A DNA stretch of 62,414 bases from Pseudomonadota bacterium (GTDB lineage: Bacteria > Bdellovibrionota_B > Oligoflexia > Oligoflexales > CAIYRB01): NCBI GenBank assembly GCA_031416315.1, contig JANOTL010000048.1:1-62414 (forward strand), in the 5' to 3' direction. A program made the position numbers and the translations under genes. Positions 28,825 to 39,458 of the stretch are shown here, one piece after another (within the stretch, counting starts at the first letter, position 1; each line of letters starts with the position of its first letter). Below the pieces are notes generated by a model that saw nothing but the letters and a program-made list of their open reading frames with translations, was not told the DNA's origin and made no database searches.

Positions 28825-30483
28825 CTAGAGCGGCAGGTCGAACGCCTTGATCTCGCTGCCGGACAGGAAAAAGAGCCGGGTTTCGGCCGCGTCGAAGGCA
28901 AGCTCTTGCGCCGGGCTGCCGCCGGTCTCCTTCGCGCTCACGAAGACGCGGATCGCTTCGCTGCCGTCGGCACGCACGAGGTAGACCTCGAGGAGGCCGT
29001 CGAGGCCGCCGCAGGTGTCCCGACCGAAGTTCTGGACGACGACGTTCGGATCGGAGAGCTCGACGTAGGGATTGCCGCTCACGACCTCCGCGAGCAGCCA
29101 TTTGCCTTTCGGGCCGTAGCGCACGCTCTCGACCGTGCGGTCGACCGGAAGCTCAAGGACTAGAGCGCGCGCTTCGGTGAGCGTCGGCGAGGTAAGGCGG
29201 ACGGTTTGGTAGCGCGTCGCCTTGCTCACGCCCGACACGGCATAGGTCGTCCCGTCGGCAGCCGGCGGCGCAGCAAAAGCCGTCACGTCCAGCCCCGAGC
29301 TGAGCGTCCGGACGACGCCGGCGGCATTACGCGCCGACAGCTCCTGGTCGCCGGTCTTCTTGAAGAGGAGCTCGCTGCCGAGGAAGATCGGCTCCAAGGC
29401 TTTGCCGACGAGCGGCGTCTGGGTCGCGTCTTTGCCGCTAAAAAGCTTGTCGCCCGTCTCGCTCGGCCCGAACGCGACGCCGAAGGCGCCTCCGGGCGCC
29501 AGGCGGAAGGATGAAAGCCCTAAGGCGTCCTCGCCTTCACTCAAACGCACGCGCTCTGCGCCCGAGACCAGGTCGCGCAAGCTCACCTTGCGGGAAGTCT
29601 CGCTCAGCAATTCCTCGACGAGAAAGCCGTCGTCTCCTTGGAGCGTGACGGTCGCGCTCGGCGCGAAATTGGCGAGCACGCGCGGCGTCCCCGTCTCCAG
29701 CACGACCTCGTGCAGGACCGTGGCCGTCGCGTTCAGACCGAGGAAGTAGAGTTTCTTCTCGTCGCCGCTCAGTCCGACGAAGACGAGCTGCTCGAAGTCG
29801 TCGAGATCGGCCGGATCGAAGAACGTGCGGTTGCCGGCGGTGTCGGCCTTGAACAAGCGGCCTTTGGCCAGCTCCGAGCCGATGAAGGCGCCGGGGACCG
29901 TCTTCAAGGCGTGGACCATATCGCCTGGACCGTAGTCCACCGGCGCGGCGCCGTCGCCCGAGGCAAGGTCGAAGACGCGGAGCGCGCCGTTGGCGGCGAC
30001 CATGTAGGATCCGTCCGGCGCGAAGCGCGCGCTGCTTGCGTCGACTTCACGGTCGGTGCCGGTGAGAAGATTCGCGAGCCGCGTCTCGTTGTAGGACACG
30101 GAGATCGAGCACAGGAGCGCCGTAGTCAGGCTCGCGCCCGAGCTCATCTTGCCGTTATCGAAGCTCACCACCGCGTGCTTGCCGTCCGGCGCGAGCGCCC
30201 AGGCCTGAATCGTTGCGGGGGCGGCGTAGACCGTTTTGAAGACGGCGTCGGCGCTCTTCGGCGTCGCCGGCCCGTCGGCAGGCACGGTGGCGATCGTGGT
30301 GGAGGCGCCGCTCGTACCCGTCGCTGCCGCCGCTCCCGTGGTACCGGCCGCGGACGTACTTCCGGTGCCGGCGCTTGCGCCTTCTTTCGAAGACTCGGAC
30401 GACTCGCTGGCCTCATCGTCCTTGCACGCGACCGGCGCCGTCAGGAGGATCGCCGCCAGGGCAACTTTTGCGGTCGCTCGCAT
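28825..30483 (-). CDS. lipoprotein with probable beta-propeller (WD40/TolB-like)
   Basis: Lipobox PVAC, S/T/A linker, repeated [LF]APDG / LSGDEKKLYF / YGPKGKWL blade motifs; TGATG-coupled to the START gene. Confidence 0.7.
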   Translation of the reverse strand: MRATAKVALAAILLTAPVACKDDEASESSESSKEGASAGTGSTSAAGTTGAAAATGTSGASTTIATVPADGPATPKSADAVFKTVYAAPATIQAWALAPDGKHAVVSFDNGKMSSGASLTTALLCSISVSYNETRLANLLTGTDREVDASSARFAPDGSYMVAANGALRVFDLASGDGAAPVDYGPGDMVHALKTVPGAFIGSELAKGRLFKADTAGNRTFFDPADLDDFEQLVFVGLSGDEKKLYFLGLNATATVLHEVVLETGTPRVLANFAPSATVTLQGDDGFLVEELLSETSRKVSLRDLVSGAERVRLSEGEDALGLSSFRLAPGGAFGVAFGPSETGDKLFSGKDATQTPLVGKALEPIFLGSELLFKKTGDQELSARNAAGVVRTLSSGLDVTAFAAPPAADGTTYAVSGVSKATRYQTVRLTSPTLTEARALVLELPVDRTVESVRYGPKGKWLLAEVVSGNPYVELSDPNVVVQNFGRDTCGGLDGLLEVYLVRADGSEAIRVFVSAKETGGSPAQELAFDAAETRLFFLSGSEIKAFDLPL

Positions 30484-31148
30484 CAGTGGGCCACCGCGTC
30501 TTTGTTCAGGAGCCCGCGCATCTCGATCTGCGATTTCAGCCCTTCGAAGAAGTCGCGTGGCCACTTTTTCTGGGCCATGTTGACCAGGAACTTCGGGATC
30601 AGGCCGCGCGGGTCGGAGTTGACCTCGAGCTGCATGAAGGTGCCGCCGTCCTTCGGAACCAGGATAAACTCGCTCGTGTGCAGGAAGCCCAGGACCTTGT
30701 CGCTCTCTAGGTATACGGCGTCGGGCTTGTCGACCGAGCGCACGAACATCCGCATTGAGCCGTCGGCGTTGCGGTCGGCCTGCGCATGGTTGATGAAGTA
30801 GCGGTCGGTGACGGGCCAGGGCATCCCGATGTGCGTGTACTCGAGGCGGGAATTCGCCGTGAGCGTCTTCAGATCGCGGCGCGCGACGATGAGCGGCATC
30901 CAGTCGGCGGCCGCCTTGTTGTCCTTCATCACGTCGGCGATGTCGTCGAGCTTCGCGGGGATCAGGGCCTCGCCGCGGATCGTGATGGTGGCCGAGCCGT
31001 CATCGATTTTTTTGTAGACGACGATGCCGTCACCCTCGGAGATCTTCTCCCAACCCTTCTCGTTCGCGCTCCAGGCGTGCGCGGTCGAGGCCGTGGTGAC
31101 GAGGACGAAGGCGAAGAAGACGAGGGGCAGGAGGGAAAAGCGACGCAT
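30483..31148 (-). CDS. secreted START-domain lipid-binding protein
   Basis: Signal peptide ...AHA; WEKI...DGIVVY, W.P, MPWPVTDRYF, DPRGLIPKFLVN. Confidence 0.88.
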   Translation of the reverse strand: MRRFSLLPLVFFAFVLVTTASTAHAWSANEKGWEKISEGDGIVVYKKIDDGSATITIRGEALIPAKLDDIADVMKDNKAAADWMPLIVARRDLKTLTANSRLEYTHIGMPWPVTDRYFINHAQADRNADGSMRMFVRSVDKPDAVYLESDKVLGFLHTSEFILVPKDGGTFMQLEVNSDPRGLIPKFLVNMAQKKWPRDFFEGLKSQIEMRGLLNKDAVAH

Positions 31149-31177
31149 CAGCGTGCCTCCAAACGGGTTCCGACGAT

Positions 31178-31204
31178 GTTTCGGCGGAACGTCCGGAGGC
31201 TTGA
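31178..31204 (-). promoter_or_regulatory. candidate sigma28 promoter
   Basis: Minus strand TCAAGCCT-N11-GCCGAAAC, 29 bp upstream of the START gene ATG. Confidence 0.55.
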
Positions 31205-31228
31205 CCGGCGAATTTCAAGGCGCCGGAT

Positions 31229-34200
31229 TCACGGAAGCTTTTGTGCGATTTTGCCCCAAGCGCCACCGCCCGGGGTCGAGATCCTGAGGCGGTCGCCGGC
31301 AGAGGCTTCGAAGGCTGCGACGCCGCCCACGATCTCCCAGCGCGAAGAGCCCGCGCGGCACACGGCGTTCTCGCCGGAGGCCCCGGCTTCGCCGCCCTCC
31401 ATGCCGAAGGGGCGCGAGGCGCCGCGGCGGCTCGTGAGCAAGGAGATCGTGAGCGGCACCAGAAACTCGAGCTCGCGCACGATCCCGTCGCCGCCGGGGT
31501 GCCGGCCGCGGCCGCCGCTGCCGTGACGGATCGCGAAACGCCAGAGGCGGACGGGGAAGCGCTCCTCCAAGACCTCGGGATCGGTGATGCGCGTATTGGT
31601 CATGTGCGAGTGCACCGCGTGCGCTCCCGCTGCGGAAGGCGTCGCGCCCGTGCCGCCGGCGATCGTCTCGTAGTATCCGAAGCCGGCGCCGTCAGCGCCG
31701 GCGCCTCGACCAAACAGGAAGTTGTTCATCGTGCCCTGGCTGGCGGCCGCGAGGCCGAGCGCCCCGAGGAGCACGTCGACGAGCCGCTGCGAGGTCTCGA
31801 CGTTTCCGGCGACCACGGCGGCGAGCCGGGCGGGATCCGGCCCGTTCGGCGGCAGGAGAAAGGAGCCCTCCGGAACGATGAGAGAAACCGGAGCCAAGAC
31901 CCCCTCGTTCAAGGGCACGTCCTCGTCGAGTAGGCAGCGCAGCGCGTAAAACGTCGCGGCGCGCACGATGGCGGCGTTGGCGTTGAAGTTCCCGGGATGG
32001 ACCGGGTCGGTGCCGGTGAAATCGATCACGAGCCGCGGCGGCGTCGCGTCTTGGCGCTCGATCTTGACGACGATCTTCGTGCCGTCGTCGAGCGCGTCGG
32101 TGCGCTCTCGCACGCCCACCGGAAGGCTCGCGATCTTGAGCTCGACCTTGCGGCGTGCGGCCGCCTGAATGCGGCGCATCGCGTCCTGCACCACGTCTTT
32201 GCCGGCCTGCTCGACCAAAGCGAGCAATCTCTCGCGTCCGAGCTCGTTCGCAACGAGCTGCGCCGTCAGGTCGGCGAGATTATCGTCTGGCCGCCGCGAG
32301 GGATAAGGACCCGAGGCGAAGAGGGCGCGCACGGCCGCGAAGCTCGCTTCGTCTTCGCGTCGCAAGCGCGCCATGCCGATCAGGACGCCTTCTTCCCCGA
32401 GATACCGCGAATGGGGCGGCATCGAGCCCGGCGTCACCCCGCCGACCTCAGCGTGATGCGCGCGGCTCGCCGTGAAGAACAAGAGCTCCCGCCCGTCTCG
32501 CGCGAAGACGGGCGTCACGACGGTCACGTCCGGTAGGTGGCTGCCGCCGCGGTAGGGATCGTTGGTGACGTAGGAATCGCCAGGCGCCAGGCGCCCCCGC
32601 GTCTCCGCGAGCACGGCGCGGACGGTGTCGCCCATCGAGCCGAGGTGCACGGGAATGTGCGGCGCGTTGACGACGAGCGAGCCCTCCGGTGTGAACAGCG
32701 CGCAAGAGAAGTCGAGGCGCTCCTTCACGTTCACCGAGAACGCCGTGCGCATGAGCGAAGTCCCCATGTCCTCCGCGATCTGCGTGAAGCGGCTCGCGAA
32801 CAAGCTGAGGCCGACGGGACCTTCGGCCGTTCGCATCGGCGAAGGGGCCAGATCGTTACGCGCCAGCTCGAGCCGGCCGTCCTCCCCTCGTGTCGCGGTG
32901 AACGCCGGCTCGACGAACGTGCTGGTTCCGAGCCCCCGCACGATCGCCGGGCCCTTCACCGCCGCTCCGACCGTCATTTCCTCCAGCTGCAAAACCGGCA
33001 CCCGCCGCGCCCCGCCGGCAAAGTAGACTTCCCGGTACTGACTCGGCCCGGCGGGCCGTTGGCTGCCTTCGAAAGGCGTCTCTTCCTTTGCATGCAGGGC
33101 ACTCATCTCGACCCGAAGGCACCGAATCTCGACCCGCTTCCCGACCAACTCGAATCCATAAGCCGCACGATGCGCCGCCACGAAATCCCGGACCACATCT
33201 CCCTCGGCCCCGACCGTCAACGTCGTATCCTGCCCGACGTACCGTACGTCCGCGGTCACCGTCGTCTCGACGGGCCGCCCCAAAGCTCCCGGTTCTTGCG
33301 CCAGCTTCGCGGCGGCCTCAGTCTTCAACGCGGCCAAAACCCCGACCCGTACCGCGGCCGACGCCGCATCCAAGACGACGTCCCGCTGCGCGAATGCCCG
33401 CACGTCCGCCACCCCGATCCCATAGGCGCTCAGGAGGCTCGCCAACCGCGGCACGATCACCGTCCCCATGCCCAGCTCCGCCGCCAAAGCCGCCGCATGC
33501 TGCCCCCCGGCGCCGCCGAACGACACCAAAGCGTGATCCCGCGGATCGTGCCCTTGCGCGAGCGAGAGCCGCCGGATCGGCGCCGCCATGTTGTCGACGG
33601 CGACCGCGAGAAAGCCGAGCGCCAGCTCCTCCCGTGAGGGCGCGGCGACGCCGGCCGCGAGCATCCCGGCCCGCACCTCGTCCAGTCGCGCCGCCGCGGC
33701 CGCCGGCGCCAGCGGAAAGGCGAAATCCTCGGGCGCGATCCGCCCGAGCCAGAGGTTCAAATCCGTCACCGTCAAGGGCCCGCCCTTGCCGTAACAAGCC
33801 GGCCCCGGCTCCGCCCCGGCCGAGCGCGGTCCGACGGTCAAGCGCACGCCGTCGAAGGCGCAGACCGAGCCCCCGCCCGCTGCGACCGTCTCGACGGTGA
33901 GCATCGGCGCGACGAGCCGTGGCCCCGGCTCGCCCTCCGGCGTCGTCAGCTGCATCTCGAAGCGTTGCTCGAAGCGCCCGGCGAAGCGGCAGACGTCCGT
34001 GCTCGTGCCCCCCATGTCGAAGCCGATCGCCGGCAAGCGCCGCGCGGCGCGAGCGGTGCGCGCCACGCCGACCACGCCGCCCGCCGGACCGCTGAGGATG
34101 GAGTCTTTGCCGGCAAATCCCGCCGCCGCCTTCAAGCCCCCGGCGGAGCTCATCATCAAGAGCGTCGCCTCCGGCATCGCCGCGCCGAGCGCCGCGACGT

Positions 34201-35041
34201 AACTCTCCAGGACCGGCGTCAGATAGGCATCGACGACGGTGGTCTCGGCGCGGGGCACGATTTTCTGTGCCGGCGCGACCGCCGACGAGCGCACGACGTG
34301 CGCGAAACCCACGGCGCGCGCGATCCTTTGCGCTTTGACCTCGTGCTCCGGCGCCAGATACCCGTGCAGAAAACAGATCGCGACGGCCTCGCACCCCGCG
34401 GCCAGAGCTGCCGCGAGATCCTGCCGCAGCGCGATCTCGTCGAGCGCTCTCAGGACTGTGCCGTCCGCGGCGACGCGCTCCTCCGCCTCGACGACGCGCT
34501 CGTAGAGCGGCGCCGGCTTCTTGATCGCGAGCTCAAAGAGCTTCGGTCGATTTTGCGTGCCGATCGCGAGGACGTCGCCGAAGCCGGCCGTGGTCACGAA
34601 TACCACGCGCGCGCCCTGGCGCTCGAGCAACGCGTTGGTCCCGCGCGTGGTCCCGAGCTTGACGACGACCGCGCCGATCGGCGCATCGCCGGCGAGCCCC
34701 GCGAGCCAACGGATGCCGGCCGCGGGCGCGGGATAGGGGGAGAAAAGCTCCAGCACGCCGGCGGCGGCCGCGAGCGGCGTGTCCAAGCGCAGTGCGCCCG
34801 ATTCCGGCGCGAAGCCGACGACCTTGGCGCTTCCCGCCGCGTGTCGCGCCGTGAAGCCGCGGAAAAAGTCCGCCGGCGCCGCCGCGAATCCGGCGATCAC
34901 CGGACACTCGTCCGTCCCGCCCACGATCGGGGCGCGAAAGACGCCGCTGCTCAGGATCTTGACCGCGCGGATCGCGCCAGCGCCGTCCACCCCGAGGCAG
35001 TCGGTAAACGTTCCCCCGACGTCGATCCAAAACTCCCGCAC
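31229..35041 (-). CDS. oplA: fused hydantoinase A/B, ATP-dependent 5-oxoprolinase family protein
   Basis: [89 protein letters not shown]. Confidence 0.93.
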   Translation of the reverse strand: MREFWIDVGGTFTDCLGVDGAGAIRAVKILSSGVFRAPIVGGTDECPVIAGFAAAPADFFRGFTARHAAGSAKVVGFAPESGALRLDTPLAAAAGVLELFSPYPAPAAGIRWLAGLAGDAPIGAVVVKLGTTRGTNALLERQGARVVFVTTAGFGDVLAIGTQNRPKLFELAIKKPAPLYERVVEAEERVAADGTVLRALDEIALRQDLAAALAAGCEAVAICFLHGYLAPEHEVKAQRIARAVGFAHVVRSSAVAPAQKIVPRAETTVVDAYLTPVLESYVAALGAAMPEATLLMMSSAGGLKAAAGFAGKDSILSGPAGGVVGVARTARAARRLPAIGFDMGGTSTDVCRFAGRFEQRFEMQLTTPEGEPGPRLVAPMLTVETVAAGGGSVCAFDGVRLTVGPRSAGAEPGPACYGKGGPLTVTDLNLWLGRIAPEDFAFPLAPAAAAARLDEVRAGMLAAGVAAPSREELALGFLAVAVDNMAAPIRRLSLAQGHDPRDHALVSFGGAGGQHAAALAAELGMGTVIVPRLASLLSAYGIGVADVRAFAQRDVVLDAASAAVRVGVLAALKTEAAAKLAQEPGALGRPVETTVTADVRYVGQDTTLTVGAEGDVVRDFVAAHRAAYGFELVGKRVEIRCLRVEMSALHAKEETPFEGSQRPAGPSQYREVYFAGGARRVPVLQLEEMTVGAAVKGPAIVRGLGTSTFVEPAFTATRGEDGRLELARNDLAPSPMRTAEGPVGLSLFASRFTQIAEDMGTSLMRTAFSVNVKERLDFSCALFTPEGSLVVNAPHIPVHLGSMGDTVRAVLAETRGRLAPGDSYVTNDPYRGGSHLPDVTVVTPVFARDGRELLFFTASRAHHAEVGGVTPGSMPPHSRYLGEEGVLIGMARLRREDEASFAAVRALFASGPYPSRRPDDNLADLTAQLVANELGRERLLALVEQAGKDVVQDAMRRIQAAARRKVELKIASLPVGVRERTDALDDGTKIVVKIERQDATPPRLVIDFTGTDPVHPGNFNANAAIVRAATFYALRCLLDEDVPLNEGVLAPVSLIVPEGSFLLPPNGPDPARLAAVVAGNVETSQRLVDVLLGALGLAAASQGTMNNFLFGRGAGADGAGFGYYETIAGGTGATPSAAGAHAVHSHMTNTRITDPEVLEERFPVRLWRFAIRHGSGGRGRHPGGDGIVRELEFLVPLTISLLTSRRGASRPFGMEGGEAGASGENAVCRAGSSRWEIVGGVAAFEASAGDRLRISTPGGGAWGKIAQKLP

Positions 35042-35044
35042 GGC

Positions 35045-35512
35045 TCACCTCGCGACGAATGCGAGTCCATAGAATACCGCGCCCGTGAGCGCCGTGGTAA
35101 CGGTGCCGAAAAACGTCGCTTTGCCGAGCTGCCGATGGAGCCCGCTGGCGGCGCCGGGCCGCGCCGGCCTTCCGATGCGCCGCAAGGCGTGCGTCACGGT
35201 CGCGATCCAGAGGACGGTGGTCGTCACAGCGATCGCCACGTGTAGATAGAGCCAGGGAAAGAGCAGCGTGTCGTAGAACGGCGACGGTTGGGCTCGCTCG
35301 CGCCAGCCGACGAAGCGCACCTCGATCTCGAAGAGGATCACGGTGATCAGGAGCGCCGTGGCCAGCGCCGTCTGCATCTTGCGATGGGACTCGTAGCGCC
35401 CCGCGCGGGCGGCCCGGACGCTCAGGACGAGCGCCGGGATCACGACCGCCATCGCCGACACGACCGTATCCATCATCAGGCTGCCGCGGCTCGCCGGCAA
35501 GAAGCCGTTCAC
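35045..35512 (-). CDS. DUF420 family membrane protein
   Basis: Four TM helices; H..MQ, LFEIEVR..GW, LH..IA, HRQLGK, TG..FY. Confidence 0.8.
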   Translation of the reverse strand: MNGFLPASRGSLMMDTVVSAMAVVIPALVLSVRAARAGRYESHRKMQTALATALLITVILFEIEVRFVGWRERAQPSPFYDTLLFPWLYLHVAIAVTTTVLWIATVTHALRRIGRPARPGAASGLHRQLGKATFFGTVTTALTGAVFYGLAFVAR

Positions 35513-36720
35513 GGCGCGGGCTCGCGGCGCGGCATCGCGCGCAGCAGGAACCCCTTCAAATAAAGGGTCTCTGGCACGGTAAGCAGCACCGGGTGGTCGT
35601 CCGCCTGGAAGTAGCGGTCTTGAATCTGCGCCGGGACGTGCGCGTCCTGCGCCGCCCCGAAGATGATCTTCTGGAAGAGCTCCGGCGGCACGTGGCCCGA
35701 GCAGCTGAAGGTCGCCAACGCGCCTTCGTTCGCCAGGAGCTTGAACGCGAGAAGGTTGACGTCCTTGTAGCCGCGCGCCGCCTTGTCCACCTGCGCGCCG
35801 TTTGCCGCGAACTTCGGCGGATCCATCGCGACGAGATCGAAGCTCTGGCGCTCGTCGCGCAGCTTCCGCAAGATCTCGAACGCGTTGCCGTGCACGAAGG
35901 TGCAGCGGCCGAGGTCGAGCCCGTTGCGCAGGACGTTGTCCTTCGCCTGCTCCAGGGCGCCTTCGCTCTGGTCAACGAAGGTCACGGACTTCGCGCCGCC
36001 CGCGAGCGCGCAGACGCCGAAGCCGCCGGTGTAGGCAAAGCAGTCCAGGACCGAGGCGCCGGCCGCGAGCCCGCGGAACCGCTCGTGGTTCACGCGCTGG
36101 TCGAGGTAAAAGCCGGTCTTGTGCCCGGAGGTCAGGTCGACGCCGAATTTTACGCCATTCTCGAGGATCGCGATCGGCGCGGTCGGCGGCGTCCCGTGCA
36201 AGACGCGGCTTACGTTCGGCAGCCCTTCGAGCTCGCGTACGGCGTCGTCGCTCCGCTCGACCACGAGCCTGGCGCCCGTCGCCTGGATCAAGGCGAAGAT
36301 GATCGGCTCGAGGTGCGCATCGATCCCTGCGGTCAAGGCTTGCACCACCAGGGCGTCGCCGTACTGATCGACGATGAGGCCCGGCAGCTGGTCGGCCTCG
36401 CTCATGACGAGACGCGCCGCGGTCTGCCGCTCGGGGTGCAAGATGCGCTGCCGGCGGCGGACGGCCGCTTCGATGCGGCGGCGCCAGAACGCCTCGTCGA
36501 TCGCCTCGGTGGGATCGAAGCTCAGGACCCGGGCGCGGATCTGGGAGTTGAGGTTGTAGTAGCCGCGGCCCAGAAACTTGCCGCGCCCGTCGACGATCTC
36601 GACGATCGAGCCTGGGGGCGCATCCTTGGGCTCTTGGGCGAGGGCGCCGCTGAAGACCCAGGGGTGATGACGGAGGAGGGCTTTTTCACGGCCGGGCGCG
36701 ATTTTGAGGGCCTTTTGCAT
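35509..36720 (-). CDS. rlmI: 23S rRNA m5C1962 methyltransferase family (PUA + SAM MTase)
   Basis: RHHPWVFSG, SEAD.LPGLIVD.Y, GHKTGFYLDQR, LDCFAYTGGF, MDPPKF, FSCSG, PETLYLKG. Confidence 0.93.
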   Translation of the reverse strand: MQKALKIAPGREKALLRHHPWVFSGALAQEPKDAPPGSIVEIVDGRGKFLGRGYYNLNSQIRARVLSFDPTEAIDEAFWRRRIEAAVRRRQRILHPERQTAARLVMSEADQLPGLIVDQYGDALVVQALTAGIDAHLEPIIFALIQATGARLVVERSDDAVRELEGLPNVSRVLHGTPPTAPIAILENGVKFGVDLTSGHKTGFYLDQRVNHERFRGLAAGASVLDCFAYTGGFGVCALAGGAKSVTFVDQSEGALEQAKDNVLRNGLDLGRCTFVHGNAFEILRKLRDERQSFDLVAMDPPKFAANGAQVDKAARGYKDVNLLAFKLLANEGALATFSCSGHVPPELFQKIIFGAAQDAHVPAQIQDRYFQADDHPVLLTVPETLYLKGFLLRAMPRREPAP

Positions 36721-36735
36721 GCGGCCCTATACCAA

Positions 36736-38073
36736 TTACGGGCGAGGCCGTCCAGCCAGGAGCCCCGCCGTCTGGCGCTCGGCATTGGCCTGGAGCCGGT
36801 CCAGATCGACCGGAGTAAGCCCCAGCTCCGTCAGGCAAAGTTGGCGTTCGCTCGCCAGCGTGCAGCCGAAGATCCCCGGGTCGTCGGTCGACAAGGTCGC
36901 CGCAATTCCGTGGCGCAGAAAGCGCGGTAGCGGATGGTGCGCGAGGTCTTGGATCTCGCCGATCAGCCGGTTGGAGGTTGGGCAGCTCTCAACGGCCGCC
37001 CCTTCGGCCGCGAGCCAGCGCAAGAGCGCATCTTGGAACGCGCGCGTGGCCTCGGCCGCTTCGAGGTCGAACTTGAACCATAGGGCCGCCGGCGGGTTTG
37101 CGCCCGCGATGCGCCCGAGCTCCTCCTTCGCGGCGGAGACGTCGACTTGGTAACCAAATTGCTGCAATTGATCCTGATGCTCGATGAGGAAGTTCAGGTG
37201 ATCCCGGCGCTCTCCGGTCGTCTCCGGCACTTCCTTGGTGCGCACGCCCGCGGGCGCCAGATATTGCGCCGGATCGACGCCGAGCGAGACGGCGTGCCCG
37301 AGCCGATGCACGCCCGTACGGTGCGCCTCGAAGACCCAGCGCGCGGCGCTCGCCAAGGTCTTATCCGTGAACGATTCGCCGACGTGGTAGACGATCGCGA
37401 GCGCGCGCTCGGGATGCTCGGCGTTGTCGCGCAGGAGGTGCTCGAAGATGACGCGCTTCGCCTTCGGCGGGTGCCCCTCCTCGACGTGGCACAGGTCGAC
37501 CCCCACGATCGCGGGCGCGAGCTCCGGCCGAGCGGCGAGAAACTCCCGCAAAACCTTGTACTGCTTCAGAAAAGTGTCGTTCTTGCGGGCGAGGCTGATC
37601 AGGAGGCGCGGCGTGAACGTGCCGCCGGACTCCGCCTCGACCAAGAGCGCGGTCTTCGCCGCGGCCTCGAAGAGCCGGCTCATCTCGGCGGGCGTGAACG
37701 CTTCGGGGATCGTGGCGCGATACTCCGCGTAGCGATGCCCGAGGTCGCGGTGGTGCCTGAGGACGCGCGCCAGGACGAACTGCTCCTCCGGCACGATGCG
37801 AAAGAGCGCGATCAGGAGGTTGAAGCGCGCCTGGAAGCAGGCGAAGGGCGCTGGGTCGGTAAACAGAAAGTCGCGACGAAGCGCATCCCTGCCACCCTCT
37901 TGCTCCCAGTAAGCGACCGGATCCGGGCGCCGCCCGTAGACTTTGGCGAACTCGTCGGCGAACCAGGCGAGGCGGTCCGCATACTGGACGTAACGGTCCT
38001 TGCCGAGCTCCCAGACGTCGTCGGGCGTCAGGCAGCCGTACGTATGCAAGTGCAGCTCGTAAAGTCCGCTCAT
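36736..38073 (-). CDS. adenosine/AMP deaminase family amidohydrolase
   Basis: ELHLH..G, VGVDL...E, YHVGE, RLGHA, ESCPTSN, LSTDDPGIF. Confidence 0.88.
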   Translation of the reverse strand: MSGLYELHLHTYGCLTPDDVWELGKDRYVQYADRLAWFADEFAKVYGRRPDPVAYWEQEGGRDALRRDFLFTDPAPFACFQARFNLLIALFRIVPEEQFVLARVLRHHRDLGHRYAEYRATIPEAFTPAEMSRLFEAAAKTALLVEAESGGTFTPRLLISLARKNDTFLKQYKVLREFLAARPELAPAIVGVDLCHVEEGHPPKAKRVIFEHLLRDNAEHPERALAIVYHVGESFTDKTLASAARWVFEAHRTGVHRLGHAVSLGVDPAQYLAPAGVRTKEVPETTGERRDHLNFLIEHQDQLQQFGYQVDVSAAKEELGRIAGANPPAALWFKFDLEAAEATRAFQDALLRWLAAEGAAVESCPTSNRLIGEIQDLAHHPLPRFLRHGIAATLSTDDPGIFGCTLASERQLCLTELGLTPVDLDRLQANAERQTAGLLAGRPRP

Positions 38074-39458
38074 GAGTCTCCGCCGAGAATTTTGTTCGCT
38101 TCATCCGCGCCGTAGGCGACGAAGCTCGTCTCCGCTTTATCGACGAGCCAGAGGCCGACGGCCAAGCCGCGCGTCTTGCGCAGGTGGCGCTTGCGCGTCA
38201 CGTAGACCTCGCCGCGCAAGCTCTCTCTGGCTCGGGAATGGTGCAACGCCAGGATACAGGCGGCGCGCATCACGTCGGGCGGCAGGACGCCCGCTTTCAG
38301 CGAACGCGCCGAGACGATCACGTGGCTGCCGGTGAGCCCTATGGCGTGGAACCACCAGTCGTCGCCGCGCGCCTGCTTGGTCAGGACGTCGTTGCCGGCC
38401 GCCCCTTTGCCAACGAGGATCGGCACGCGGTCGCCGCGCGGCGTCGTGTAGACGAACTCGCGCCAATCGCTCGCCAAGGGCGCGAGCGCGCCTTTCGCCG
38501 TCGTCTCGCGCTTAAGCGCCGCGAGCTTGAAGCGTGAAAGAATCCTCTCGACCTCGGTCTGCGGCAGTGGCGCCGCTCGCACGCGCGCCAGTTCGCGCGT
38601 CAATTCGTCGAATTCCGCCCCGACCTTCTTGGCCTCTTGCCCTGAGACGAGGGCGGCGCGCTTCAGCTTCTTCACGGTCACGAAGGCGCGGTCGACGTTG
38701 GTGCCCGGCGACACGTCGGGATCCAGCGGAATCACCGTGCCGTCCTCGAGCACGAGCTCGTGCATCCCCTCGCGCACGCGATGGGCATTCTCCTGCAGGA
38801 GCCGTGCCTCAGCCTCGGCGCCGGCGACTTTGTGCAGCGCTTCGCCGCTCTTTTGCGTCTTGTCGACATACTTTTTCAGCGTTTTCAGCTTGCGCGCCAG
38901 GCGGTCGCGCGCCTCACGCTGGAACTCGGGCAGTTGGACGGCCCCGCCTTCCGGCGCCGGCGCCTTGGCCTCCGGCGCGGCGCCGTCGAGCGCGGCGAAG
39001 ACCTCCGCCGTGACGTCCACGATCGTCCCGGAGGCGGCGAGCGGCACGCCGCCCTCCAAAGTCCGCCGTTTGGTGAACGTCCCTTGCGAGCTCTTGCGGA
39101 CCAGGGCGGTGCCGTCGAGCGTGACGAAGCGCAGCTCCGGCGGCGAGGTGGCGGCGATCTGGAAAAAGTGCGCGATGACGCCTTGCGTCGTCACCGGCAG
39201 CCACAGGTCGCCCGTCTTTTCGTCCTTCCACACGCCCGCGAAAAATCCGCTCGGCTGGTGCTTGCGCACGAGGGCGATCATCGCGCCCGAAGGCTTCAGC
39301 CCGTCGCGCTTCTCGGTCTCGAGCTTCACGCCACGTGTTTTTTGGTTCGCGTCGAGCACGACGTAGAACTTGCGCCGCTCTTGCTGCGCGGCGAGCACGA
39401 GGAAGGCGCCTTCGCCTTCCCAGGCTTTTGAGTAGCCGAAACGAAGGGACGAGCTCAA
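38070..39458 (-). CDS. NFACT RNA-binding domain protein (RqcH/FbpA-like, divergent N-terminus)
   Basis: Coiled coil with IPLDP...N....F...KK; NFACT-R ILVGK...ND.LT...DDWWFHA....GSHVIV...EVYVT...LRK..G...G. TTG start coupled to the upstream stop. Confidence 0.8.
   Translation of the reverse strand: MSSSLRFGYSKAWEGEGAFLVLAAQQERRKFYVVLDANQKTRGVKLETEKRDGLKPSGAMIALVRKHQPSGFFAGVWKDEKTGDLWLPVTTQGVIAHFFQIAATSPPELRFVTLDGTALVRKSSQGTFTKRRTLEGGVPLAASGTIVDVTAEVFAALDGAAPEAKAPAPEGGAVQLPEFQREARDRLARKLKTLKKYVDKTQKSGEALHKVAGAEAEARLLQENAHRVREGMHELVLEDGTVIPLDPDVSPGTNVDRAFVTVKKLKRAALVSGQEAKKVGAEFDELTRELARVRAAPLPQTEVERILSRFKLAALKRETTAKGALAPLASDWREFVYTTPRGDRVPILVGKGAAGNDVLTKQARGDDWWFHAIGLTGSHVIVSARSLKAGVLPPDVMRAACILALHHSRARESLRGEVYVTRKRHLRKTRGLAVGLWLVDKAETSFVAYGADEANKILGGDS

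Noticed and set aside
36736..38073. RADAR (RdrB) or other defence deaminase
   Set aside because: Much shorter than RdrB, no AAA+ ATPase partner, and embedded in a housekeeping operon.
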